Assembly (NCBI GenBank): GCA_019873625.1
Contig: JAIOAW010000007.1
Location: forward strand, 13,596 to 77,595
Direction of reading: 5' to 3'
DNA length: 64,000 nucleotides
Origin: Chloroflexota bacterium
Lineage (GTDB): Bacteria; Chloroflexota; Anaerolineae; UBA1429
Positions 19,009-27,410 of this stretch are shown one piece after another. The notes under the pieces are model-generated. The model was not told the DNA's origin, ran no database searches, and saw nothing but the letters and a program-made list of their open reading frames with translations. Both the position numbers and the translations under genes were made by a program. Numbering within the stretch: position 1 is the stretch's first letter; every line of letters starts with the position of its first letter.

Positions 19009-19172
19009 CCCTTGCGGCCTCCTTCGGGTAGGTCGCAGGCCTTGCGCCGGTTGGCGCGTTCACGCAGCCGGTCGAAGAACCAGGCGCTGAGCAACCCCCA
19101 GCCGATGGGCACCAAGAGCGCCAAAAGGACGTTCCCGAGCGGCGACTGAAAGAAGGCTAAAAGGGTGGGCAT
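19005..19172 (-). CDS. small hydrophobic protein (55 aa) translationally coupled to the TauE gene
   Basis: MPTLLAFFQSPLGNVLLALLVPIGWGLLSAWFFDRLRERANRRKACDLPEGGRKG, one predicted TM helix. Its TGA overlaps the TauE ATG (ATGA). It is below the 60-aa track cut-off. Confidence 0.35.
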   Translation of the reverse strand: MPTLLAFFQSPLGNVLLALLVPIGWGLLSAWFFDRLRERANRRKACDLPEGGRKG

Positions 19173-19226
19173 CACCGAATGGCTCCTACAATGTATTTTC
19201 CTGCGAATCGAATGCGGGATGCCGAT

Positions 19227-20714
19227 TTAGGTTGCTCGTTCAGGGGCACGGGAGGCGCGCTCTACGGCCTGGCGCAGGCCCTCTTGCAGCACAGAGGCCT
19301 CCGGCGGGCAGCCGCGCACCCAGATGACGTCATCCTCGGCATCCATATCAAACTGCGCGGCGCGTTCGCGGAGGATGCGCACGTAACGCTGCATACAATC
19401 GCCGATGACGAGTTCCACGTGCCACCCAGCGCGATCCACCTTCTCCCCTTGGAAGACCTCCGCCCCCGCCGCGCTGAGGCGCAGCCAGGCCCGGGCCTCC
19501 GCCGGCAGCCCCGCGAGGACTCCTTGGGCGAGGGCGCGGCACGCTTGGCAGAAACACCCCGTCTCTTCGAGAGCCGCGATGATCTCCGGCACGGGGGCGG
19601 GGCAACCCGCCGCCCTACGCCCCGCGAGGCCCTCGGCGCGCCGGGCGGCGCAATTCCCCACGATGATCGTCTCCGCCTCTTGGGGCGCAATGTCTCCCTC
19701 GCCGCCGTAGATAAGGCGCAGGGGTTTGTTCAACCTTTGGTAGCGAAAGCGGGAGACGGCCGCCAGGGCCGCGATGCGGCAGCCGCTGCAGGCATCCAAA
19801 TCGCACAGGGTGAGGCCAGGGAGGAGGATTTCCAACTCTTCGGCGGGCGTCATAAAGCGGCGGCGGAGTTCGTCAAGCGGGCTGCCGCGCAGGGCGATCC
19901 GTTCGCGGTCGCCAATCCCCACGCCATCGGCGATGGCCCACTCCAGGTAGCGCGTGCGCTGATGGGCGATCCCCATCACCTCTCGGGCGATGACATCCAC
20001 CGCCACGGGGTCATTCCCCGCCATCATCAGGCGAGCGCGCGCTGGCCGCTCAAAGTCGGTTCCGCCGGCGATGCCCTCGGCGCCATCCCAGCCATCCACG
20101 ATGATGAGGTCGGGCTTGCGGATGCGGTTGAGATCCACGAGCGAGGCCTCGATTTGGTATTCACGGTGAATCTCGGTGCGCTTCCACTGCGGCGTGAGGG
20201 CGAAACTGTTCTTGAGCGCTACGGTGTAATCGGTGGTGATGTGCGTCTTGAGGCAGGGCACCGAGATAAAGACGTCGCACTCGCGCACGAGCCGCGAGAA
20301 GGGGAGGGCCCCCGGGTAACGCCCGTTGGGGATGCGCATCTCATCGTGAGGGCCGGCGTCGAGGTTATAGAGCATAACGCCTAGGCGCGTGGCCATCTGG
20401 CGCCAGCCGCCCGTGGGGAAGGCCGTCTCGTGGCGGGTGCCAAAGGCCCCTGTGCCTTCGGCCACGATGATGCGGCTAGGGAAGCCAGCGCGCACCGCCT
20501 CGACGATGGCCGCGACGAGATCCGTATGGGTGGTGCCGCCGGAGGTCTCGGGCGCGTTCGCCGTGAGGTTCGGCTTGATGACGACCCTCTGCCCAGGGCG
20601 CACAAAACGGGTGATGCCCCCCAAGTCTCTCAGGCAGGCGCCCAGTGTGGCCCGCAGGGCCGAGAACTCGCGCCACGGCCGCATCGTAACGATGGCTTGC
20701 TCGCTCAAAGGCAC
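19227..20714 (-). CDS. DUF362 domain protein (putative Fe-S protein) with a Cys-rich C-terminal extension
   Basis: N-terminus carries RVVIKPNL...VxAEG (the DUF362 core). The C-terminal roughly 200 aa carry several Cys clusters (CDLDACSGC, CPAPV...CFCQAC, GDCMQ). Confidence 0.55.
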   Translation of the reverse strand: MPLSEQAIVTMRPWREFSALRATLGACLRDLGGITRFVRPGQRVVIKPNLTANAPETSGGTTHTDLVAAIVEAVRAGFPSRIIVAEGTGAFGTRHETAFPTGGWRQMATRLGVMLYNLDAGPHDEMRIPNGRYPGALPFSRLVRECDVFISVPCLKTHITTDYTVALKNSFALTPQWKRTEIHREYQIEASLVDLNRIRKPDLIIVDGWDGAEGIAGGTDFERPARARLMMAGNDPVAVDVIAREVMGIAHQRTRYLEWAIADGVGIGDRERIALRGSPLDELRRRFMTPAEELEILLPGLTLCDLDACSGCRIAALAAVSRFRYQRLNKPLRLIYGGEGDIAPQEAETIIVGNCAARRAEGLAGRRAAGCPAPVPEIIAALEETGCFCQACRALAQGVLAGLPAEARAWLRLSAAGAEVFQGEKVDRAGWHVELVIGDCMQRYVRILRERAAQFDMDAEDDVIWVRGCPPEASVLQEGLRQAVERASRAPERAT

Positions 20715-20797
20715 CTCCTATGGCAAGGTGTTGAGGGATGCGCGCGGGGCGCATACTCGTTACTATACGCCAACTCGCCGGAGGCGTCGAATCGGTT

Positions 20798-21775
20798 TCA
20801 CCGGGCCAGGTCTCGCGCGGCCGGGAGGCCCTCCACTCCCTCTGCAGCCCAGGCGGCGTTCAGCACAGCGCGTTCCACGGCCTGCGCTGCCAGGCTATAG
20901 ACCACGAGCGGATGCGCCTCCACGCGGCCTGTGGCCAAGGCGAAAAGAGTATCCCCATCATACAGGGTATGCGAAGGGGAAATAGTGCGCGCTAGGCCGT
21001 CGTGCGCGGCGGAGGCCATCTGGTTTGCTTGGGCTGCGTCGAGGCGGGCATTGGTGGCGACCACGCCGATCACCGTATTCCCCCAAGAAGCCATGCGCCC
21101 AAGCGGCAATTGCGCAAGGGCCCGCGCCGTATCGAGGAACCCCTGCCCATCGGGCCGGCGGGCGCCGGCGATGATCTGCCCCGTGGCGGGGTCGCGGATA
21201 TCTCCAAAGGCATTCACGGCCACCAGCGCCGCTACCACGAGTTCGCCCGTTCTGATGCTAGAGGTGCCGAGGCCCGCTTTGCAGGCGTGGGCCATACCCA
21301 GGAGTTTCCCCACGGTGGCGCCCGTCCCTACGCCCACGTTGCCCTGGGCGTTGTTGGGGGCGCTCGCCGCGCGGCAGGCGGCGTAACCCATCTCGGCATT
21401 AGGGCGCACCTCAGGGAGGCCGAGGCCCAAATCGAAGAGCACCGCCCCCGGCACGATGGGCACGCGCACCGGCCCGGCCTCGAACCCGATGCCCTCCTCT
21501 TCTAGGTAGCGCATCACGCCATCCGCGGCGGCCAGGCCGAAGGCGCTGCCCCCTGTGAGGAGGATGGCCTGGGCGCGTTCCACCAAGGTGCCGGGGCGCA
21601 GGAGGTCCGTCTCGCGGGTGCCGGGTGCCAAGCCCCGCACCGAGACGCCCCCGATGGCCCCCTCACGGCAAAGGATGACCGTGCATCCCGTAAGGGCCTC
21701 TCGGTTTGTGGCATGCCCGACCTCGAGGCCCTCGACATCCGTCAGCGCGCCGGGGGCGAGATTAGCCATGGTCAC
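20798..21775 (-). CDS. P1-family (S58) peptidase, DmpA/L-aminopeptidase D-Ala-esterase/amidase-like
   Basis: 325 aa, GHATNREALTGCTVILCREGAIGGVSVRGLAPGTRETD ... LLTGGSAFGL. These are self-processing Ntn-type S58 family motifs. Confidence 0.7.
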   Translation of the reverse strand: MTMANLAPGALTDVEGLEVGHATNREALTGCTVILCREGAIGGVSVRGLAPGTRETDLLRPGTLVERAQAILLTGGSAFGLAAADGVMRYLEEEGIGFEAGPVRVPIVPGAVLFDLGLGLPEVRPNAEMGYAACRAASAPNNAQGNVGVGTGATVGKLLGMAHACKAGLGTSSIRTGELVVAALVAVNAFGDIRDPATGQIIAGARRPDGQGFLDTARALAQLPLGRMASWGNTVIGVVATNARLDAAQANQMASAAHDGLARTISPSHTLYDGDTLFALATGRVEAHPLVVYSLAAQAVERAVLNAAWAAEGVEGLPAARDLAR

Positions 21776-22982
21776 GCCTCCAAAGTGCGGCCACGCGGGC
21801 GATGATGTGCTCGGCTACATCTGCCTTGGTCATAAGGGGCAGGGCCTCTTGTTCGCCGGCCGGGTTGAGGAGGATGACCCGGTTCGTATCCACCTCGAAA
21901 CCGCTATCGGCGGAAGAGACGTCATTGGCCACCATCAGGTCTAGCCGTTTGGCCTGCATCTTGCTCAGGGCATTTTCGAGGAGGTTTTCCGTCTCGGCGG
22001 CAAAGCCCACCACAAGGAGCCGATGGGCGAGGGCCGGGCGCCTTCGGGCCACCTCCGCCAAGATATCTTCCGTCTTTTCCAATTCGAGGAGGAGCGCCCC
22101 CTCGCCCTTTTTGATTTTTTGCTCGGCGGTTACTTTGGGGCGGTAATCGGCCACGGCTGCGGCCATCACAAGGATATCCGTTTCCTCCAGGCGGCCCAGC
22201 ACGGCCTCGGCCATCTCGGCGGCCGTGCGCACGTTCACCCTCTCTACGCCGTAAGGGGTGTTCAGGGCTGTGGGCGCCGTAATGAGCGTAACCTGAGCGC
22301 CGGCATCGCGCGCCGCCTCAGCCAACGCATAGCCCATTTTGCCGGAAGAGCGGTTGGTCAGGTGGCGCACGGGGTCAAGCGGCTCTTGGGTGCCGCCGGC
22401 CGTCACCACCAGCCGCGCCCCTGCCAAAGGCCCCTTGCGCCCCAAGGTCTGGCGGATGGCCCCCAGAATGTCCTCCGTGGCCACCAGGCGGCCGGCCCCG
22501 ATGCGCCCCGAGGCCAACCGTCCATAGCCCGGCCCCACGATGACGGCGCCCCGCGCGCGGAGCGCGGCGATATTCGCCTGGGTGATGGGGTTCTCCCACA
22601 TATCCGTATCCATCGCCGGCGCTAGGACGAGCGGCGCCGTGCAGGCGAGCGCCGTGCTCGTGAGGAGGTTATCGGCCAAGCCGTGGGCCAGTTTGGCGAT
22701 GGTGTTTGCCGTGGCCGGTGCGATGACGAGCACATCGGCCCGTTCGGCCAGCGAGATGTGTGCCATATCCGTATCGCGCAAGAGTTGGAACATATCCACC
22801 GAGACGGGCCGTTTGGTCAAGGTTTGAAAGGTCAGGGGCGTCATAAAGGCCAAGGCCGCTGGGGTCATGATCACATCCACGATGGCCCCGGCCTGCACCA
22901 ACTTGCTGCACAGGTCAGCCGCCTTGTAGCAGGCGATGCCCCCCGTGATGCCCAGGACGATATTCTTCCCCTTGAGGATCAT
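21762..22982 (-). CDS. coaBC: bifunctional phosphopantothenoylcysteine decarboxylase / phosphopantothenate-cysteine ligase
   Basis: 406 aa. N-terminal flavoprotein (GITGGIACYKA) and C-terminal CoaB ligase domain. The start overlaps the coaX stop (ATGA). Confidence 0.85.
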   Translation of the reverse strand: MILKGKNIVLGITGGIACYKAADLCSKLVQAGAIVDVIMTPAALAFMTPLTFQTLTKRPVSVDMFQLLRDTDMAHISLAERADVLVIAPATANTIAKLAHGLADNLLTSTALACTAPLVLAPAMDTDMWENPITQANIAALRARGAVIVGPGYGRLASGRIGAGRLVATEDILGAIRQTLGRKGPLAGARLVVTAGGTQEPLDPVRHLTNRSSGKMGYALAEAARDAGAQVTLITAPTALNTPYGVERVNVRTAAEMAEAVLGRLEETDILVMAAAVADYRPKVTAEQKIKKGEGALLLELEKTEDILAEVARRRPALAHRLLVVGFAAETENLLENALSKMQAKRLDLMVANDVSSADSGFEVDTNRVILLNPAGEQEALPLMTKADVAEHIIARVAALWRRDHG

Positions 22983-23752
22983 CGCGCCCCCCGATTCATC
23001 TCATAAATGATGCGCAGGCCCTTGAGCGTGAGCCAAGGGTCCACATGCTGGATGACCGAGGTCTCGGCGGCGATGATGGCCGCCAGCCCCCCGGTGGCGA
23101 TGACGCGCATCGCCTCGCCCAATTCGCGGCGGAAGCGTTCCACCATCCCCTCGACGAGGCCCACATACCCAAAGAGGATGCCCGAACGCATCGCCTCCAC
23201 GGTGTTTGTGCCGATGGCGCGCTCGGGGCGTTGGAGGTCAATGCGGGGCAGTTTGGCCGTGCGTTGAAAGAGGGCCTCGGCGGCTACCATAATGCCGGGC
23301 GAGATGGCCCCGCCGAGGTAGTCTCCCTGGGCAGAGATGGCATCGAACGTGGTAGCCGTGCCGAAATCTACGATGCAGGCCGGCCCCCCGTAGAGGCGGA
23401 AGGCCGCCGCCGCGTTGACGATGCGGTCGGCGCCCACATCGCGCGGGCTATCGTAGCGGATGGCCACGCCCGTCTTGACGCCCGCGCCCACCACCAGGAG
23501 GGGCGCCTCGGTGTAGAGGCGCAGCATCTCGCAGAAGCGATCGGTCACCGGCGGCACCACGCTCGCCAAGGCGATGCTGTCAATATCCCGCAAGGTATAG
23601 CCATAGTAGGCCAGGAGGCTGGCCAGGATCATCGCGTATTCATCGGGCATCTTTTGGTGATCGGTGCTGATGCGCCAATGGGTGAGGAGTTCCTCGCCGC
23701 GATAAAGGCCCATCACGATGTTCGTGTTGCCGATATCCACACACAGGAGCAC
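22979..23752 (-). CDS. coaX: type III pantothenate kinase
   Basis: MLLCVDIGNTNIVMGLY, and an ASKHA-fold type III PanK of 257 aa. Confidence 0.8.
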   Translation of the reverse strand: MLLCVDIGNTNIVMGLYRGEELLTHWRISTDHQKMPDEYAMILASLLAYYGYTLRDIDSIALASVVPPVTDRFCEMLRLYTEAPLLVVGAGVKTGVAIRYDSPRDVGADRIVNAAAAFRLYGGPACIVDFGTATTFDAISAQGDYLGGAISPGIMVAAEALFQRTAKLPRIDLQRPERAIGTNTVEAMRSGILFGYVGLVEGMVERFRRELGEAMRVIATGGLAAIIAAETSVIQHVDPWLTLKGLRIIYEMNRGAR

Positions 23753-23773
23753 GCCACACCTCCCTTTCCTCGA

Positions 23774-24523
23774 TTACAGCCGCGCTCGGCGCCAGCGAGA
23801 GCCGATCTGCCGCAGGGCGGTCACAACCGCTACCGTGATGATGCCCGAGGCGATGACCTCCGGCACGCCGTGGGTCAGGCCGATGCCCCAGGCCGCCTCT
23901 TGGGGAATATACCCCCGAAGCACCGCCGCGGAAAGCACGAGCACGGTGTTGGTAAGCGACCCCACGGCCGCGGCGATGCCCAGCGCTACCACCTGCACAT
24001 CTTCGCGGCGCATCCACCAGAAGAGGAACGCCGCGCCTGCCACCGAAAGCACGCCCCAGGTAATGCCCAGCCAGAGGATGGTGCCGGCCATTTGCCAACT
24101 AAAGAGAAGCATAAAGCCGAGCAATACGGCGAGCAAAATTGCCAAGACGGGCTTGCTCGCTCGGCGCACGGCGAAAAAGGCGAAGCTCGCCGTCACGCCG
24201 ATGAAGAGGCGCGGGACGATGGCCACAAGGGGGTCTTTGAACATAGGGATGGTGGCCCGCGCGAAACTGGCAAAGCCGAAGCCCATCCCTACGAGCAGCC
24301 CCACGAGCGGCCCCTCGAGGATGCCCCCGATGATGGCGGGGATGTGGGCGATGGTGGCATGGCCCGCCGGCGTGGGCACGGGGAACATCCCGATGGTCGT
24401 AAAGACGAGAAGTAGCGTGATGGCCAAAAGGAGGCCCGCCGTGGTAACGCGCCGGATGGCGCGTTCGCTGGCCACGGCCAAAGCCTTCTCTTGGCGGGTT
24501 ACGGTCGGCCGATGCTTGCTCAT
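23774..24523 (-). CDS. ECF transporter substrate-specific (S) component; specificity not determinable, pantothenate (PanT-like) suggested only by context
   Basis: Roughly 6-TM small membrane protein. The likely start is the ATG at 24523 (MSKHRPT...), preceded by the strong SD AGGAGGG. It sits between ecfT and coaX. Confidence 0.55.
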   Translation of the reverse strand: MSKHRPTVTRQEKALAVASERAIRRVTTAGLLLAITLLLVFTTIGMFPVPTPAGHATIAHIPAIIGGILEGPLVGLLVGMGFGFASFARATIPMFKDPLVAIVPRLFIGVTASFAFFAVRRASKPVLAILLAVLLGFMLLFSWQMAGTILWLGITWGVLSVAGAAFLFWWMRREDVQVVALGIAAAVGSLTNTVLVLSAAVLRGYIPQEAAWGIGLTHGVPEVIASGIITVAVVTALRQIGSRWRRARL

Positions 24524-24542
24524 TAGGGTATCCCTCCTGGAA

Positions 24543-25391
24543 TTATGGCCAATGGGCGATGTATTGGCCCACAAGGATGCCGCCAAAGAGGAGCACGCTC
24601 GCCCCTAGGGCGGCGTAATCTCCCCTGTTTAGCCGATAACGGATGAGGTGCGTGCGCCCGCGGCCGCCCCGATAGCAGCGGGCCTGCATAGCCAGGGTCA
24701 TCTCTTCGGCGCGACGGTAGGCCTCCACAAAGAGCGGCACGATGAGCGCGGCCATACGCCGGGCGTTTTGCAGAAATTGCCAACGCGAGCGCCCCCCAAG
24801 GCTCGCCCCCCGCGAGGCCTGCGCCTGGACGATCGTCTCCAGCGCCTCCCCCAAGATAGGGATAAAGCGGAGCGCGATGGCCCCCACCATAGAGAGTTCG
24901 TGCCCCGGCAGGCCGAGGGCATCGAGCGGGGCCAGGAGCCTCTCCAGGCCATAGGTGAGGGCGCTCGCCGTGGTGGTGTTGAGCAAGAGGCTGGTGAGGA
25001 AGACGAGGTCTACAAAGCGCACCAACGAAACGGCCACCACGCGGAGGCTCGCCACCGAGATGCGCAGCGGCCCCCAGGCCACGAGCACCTTCGTCTGGGC
25101 CTCGGGGCCGTTGTAGAAAAGGAGTTGCATCGCCGCGAGGAGGAGGATGAAAGCGAGCGCCGGGCGCACGCTAAGGAGCGCATCCCGCGCTCGCAGACGC
25201 GCCCATTTGAGGAGGGCAAAGATGGCGACAAAAAGCAAAAGGTTCGCGCTGTACGTGGTGGCTATGGCCACGGCGATGGTCAAAAGCGCCGCGCCCACAA
25301 GTTTCACGCGGGGGTCCGCCCGGTGGATGGGCGAATCCAGCGGGATGTATTGCCCCAGCGAGGCGTATCTCAGCCCTTCATACCCTGCCAT
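24543..25391 (-). CDS. ecfT: ECF transporter transmembrane (T) component EcfT
   Basis: 282 aa of CbiQ/EcfT family, with the conserved ARG-containing coupling helices near the C-terminus. Confidence 0.75.
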   Translation of the reverse strand: MAGYEGLRYASLGQYIPLDSPIHRADPRVKLVGAALLTIAVAIATTYSANLLLFVAIFALLKWARLRARDALLSVRPALAFILLLAAMQLLFYNGPEAQTKVLVAWGPLRISVASLRVVAVSLVRFVDLVFLTSLLLNTTTASALTYGLERLLAPLDALGLPGHELSMVGAIALRFIPILGEALETIVQAQASRGASLGGRSRWQFLQNARRMAALIVPLFVEAYRRAEEMTLAMQARCYRGGRGRTHLIRYRLNRGDYAALGASVLLFGGILVGQYIAHWP

Positions 25392-26233
25392 ATGGCCTCC
25401 ACCAATTCCTCGCTCCGCATCGGCTCCCCCGCCAAGGGGAACCCGGCCTTCTTCAATGCCCAGGCCAGCCGCACCGTGGGCGGCTCGGCAAGGCCAAGCG
25501 CTCGAAGGCGTTCGGGTTGGGTTAACACTTGGGAGGGCGCCCCTTCGAGCACGGTTTGGCCCTCTTTGAGCACGGTAACCGTGTCGGCTAGGGCGGCCAC
25601 CTCCTCCATATCGTTGGAGACGAGCACGATAGTTACCCCTTGCTCCTCCCGCAAGGCCCGCAAGAGGCGATGCACCTCCTGCCGGCCTTGGGGGTCCAGC
25701 CCCGTCGTCGCTTCATCCAAAAGGAGCACCTCCGGCCGCATCGCGAGCACCCCCGCGAGCGCCACGCGGCGCATCTCCCCGCCGCTCAACGAAAAGGTGT
25801 GCCGATCCACAAAGAGGTCGGGGTCCAGCCCCACGGCGCGGAGCGCCTCGTAGACGCGCGAGCGAACCTCCTCCCGGGCGAGGCCCAATTGGCGCGGGCC
25901 GTAGGCCACATCATCTCCGACGAACCGTTCCAAGAGTTGCTGATGCGCCTCTTGAAACACCAGCCCCACCCGGCGGCGCAGGGCGCTCAAGTCGGTGCGG
26001 GGGTCGGCCGTATCCTGTCCCAAGATGGTTACACATCCCCTCTCGGTGGGGGTGAGCAGGCCATTCAGAAAGCGCAGGAGGGTGGATTTGCCCGCGCCGC
26101 TTTCCCCCACGAGGGCGGCGATCTCGCCGCGGCGCACGGTCAGGTGGGCGCCGCGCAGGGCCTCCCGCGCGAGCGGCGTGCCCTGGAGATAGGTGTGGTG
26201 CAGGTTGCGCACGGAGAGGATCACCTCGCCCAT
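25370..26233 (-). CDS. ecfA2: ECF transporter ATPase EcfA2
   Basis: Walker A GESGAGKST, signature LSGGEMRRVALAGVLA, Walker B LLLDEATTGLD. Confidence 0.8.
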   Translation of the reverse strand: MGEVILSVRNLHHTYLQGTPLAREALRGAHLTVRRGEIAALVGESGAGKSTLLRFLNGLLTPTERGCVTILGQDTADPRTDLSALRRRVGLVFQEAHQQLLERFVGDDVAYGPRQLGLAREEVRSRVYEALRAVGLDPDLFVDRHTFSLSGGEMRRVALAGVLAMRPEVLLLDEATTGLDPQGRQEVHRLLRALREEQGVTIVLVSNDMEEVAALADTVTVLKEGQTVLEGAPSQVLTQPERLRALGLAEPPTVRLAWALKKAGFPLAGEPMRSEELVEAIWQGMKG

Positions 26234-27075
26234 AGCCGCTCCTTGACGTTGACTAGGGCCTCCACGAGTTCGCGCTCCGTGAGGATAGGGGGCAGGGCCA
26301 CCCCTCGCTCGCGCAGGCCGGCTGCCACGGCCACGGCCGCCGGCGCGGAGAGGTTGAGGCGCCGCAGTGCGGCCTCATCGGCAAAGAAGGCACGCGGGTC
26401 GCCCTCTAGGGCGATGCGCCCCTCTGCCAAGGCCACGATGCGGTCGGCCAGGGCGGCCTCGCCCATATGGTGCGTTACCATAATGAGGGTCATCCCTTGT
26501 TGGTGGAGGCGCCCGAGGAGTTCGAGCACGGCCTCGCGGGCCAAGGGGTCGAGGAAGGCCGTGGCCTCATCGAGGATGAGGCATTCGGGGCGCATCGCGA
26601 GGATGCTCGCGATGGCTAGGCGCCCCTTTTGCCCTGCCGAAAGGCTGTGCGGGTTGGCCTGGCGGAGGGCGGTGAGGCCGGAGATTTCAAGCGCCTCGTC
26701 TACGCGCTCGCGCAATACGGCAGGCGGGAGGCCGAGGTTCTCTGGCCCAAAGGCCACTTCCTCTTCCACGGTGCTGGCCACGAATTGATTATCCGGGTTT
26801 TGGAAGACGATGCCCACCGTTTGGCGAATGGTGAGCCAATGGGCGCGCTCGCGGGTGTTCAGGCCTTTCACCCACACCTCCCCCGCGGTGGGCAAGAGGA
26901 GGGCATTGAGGCATTTGGCCAGGGTAGATTTGCCCGAGCCGTTATGCCCGATGAGGGCAAGCCATTCGCCGCGCGGCACGGCCAGGTCCACGCCCTTGAG
27001 CGCCTCCACGGGCGCCTCGGAGCCGGCGCCATACACGTAGCGCAGCCCTTCCACGCGGATGAGGAAATCGGCCAT
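26221..27075 (-). CDS. ecfA1: ECF transporter ATPase EcfA1
   Basis: Walker A GHNGSGKST, signature LSAGQKGRLAIASILA. The likely ATG at 27075 (MADFLIRVEG) is preceded by GAGAAGGGG. Confidence 0.8.
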   Translation of the reverse strand: MADFLIRVEGLRYVYGAGSEAPVEALKGVDLAVPRGEWLALIGHNGSGKSTLAKCLNALLLPTAGEVWVKGLNTRERAHWLTIRQTVGIVFQNPDNQFVASTVEEEVAFGPENLGLPPAVLRERVDEALEISGLTALRQANPHSLSAGQKGRLAIASILAMRPECLILDEATAFLDPLAREAVLELLGRLHQQGMTLIMVTHHMGEAALADRIVALAEGRIALEGDPRAFFADEAALRRLNLSAPAAVAVAAGLRERGVALPPILTERELVEALVNVKERLWAR

Positions 27076-27093
27076 AATGCCCCTTCTCAACAA

Positions 27094-27410
27094 AAACGCC
27101 TCGCGCCGACGCGCGAGGCGGGAAAATGCAGCACTCTCTATGGAGCGTGCTCGAATATCCTGCCGTCTCGGTCGCCGTGCGATCCAAGCGACGTGTTGTG
27201 CTCGAACCCTTGCTCAATGCCCCCGAGGGGTCATTGGCACATAGATTGTATGCGAGATGGGCCAAAAAGCAAATCTTGGGGCCTATGCGAGGCAGGCGCC
27301 TCGCGCTTCACAACCTCACGCAGGGTTTGAACCTGCGGGAGGGTCGGCTTCCGCACCCCACGACCGGAGCGCGGGCCTCCCGGCCCGCGTGCGAGGCAAG
27401 AGCCTCGCGT
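27094..27410. repeat. 317-bp non-coding region containing three related GC-rich palindromic hairpins (GCGAGGC...GCCTCGC) plus a CGCGGGCC/GGCCCGCG hairpin
   Basis: 27105-27130 CGCCTCGCGC-cgac-GCGCGAGGCG; 27283-27300 GCGAGGC-aggc-GCCTCGC; 27391-27408 GCGAGGC-aaga-GCCTCGC; 27361-27380 CGCGGGCC-tccc-GGCCCGCG. Confidence 0.4.

Noticed and set aside
19179-20384. 401-aa plus-strand ORF
   Set aside because: It lies entirely antisense to the DUF362 gene. Its translation is Arg/Gly/Pro-rich low complexity typical of GC shadow frames, it has no SD, and it has no family resemblance.
23045-24415. 456-aa plus-strand ORF, plus 23718-24608 and 24648-25853 plus-strand ORFs
   Set aside because: They are antisense to the coaX, ECF S-component and ecfT genes, with His/Arg/Gly-rich composition. 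Shadow ORFs.
27300-27370. tRNA-like T-arm (GCAGG-TTCAAAC-CCTGC on the minus strand) suggesting a tRNA or tmRNA pseudogene
   Set aside because: No matching acceptor stem (ACCTCAC partner absent), D-arm or anticodon arm could be assembled. It is probably just one more GC hairpin of the spacer.
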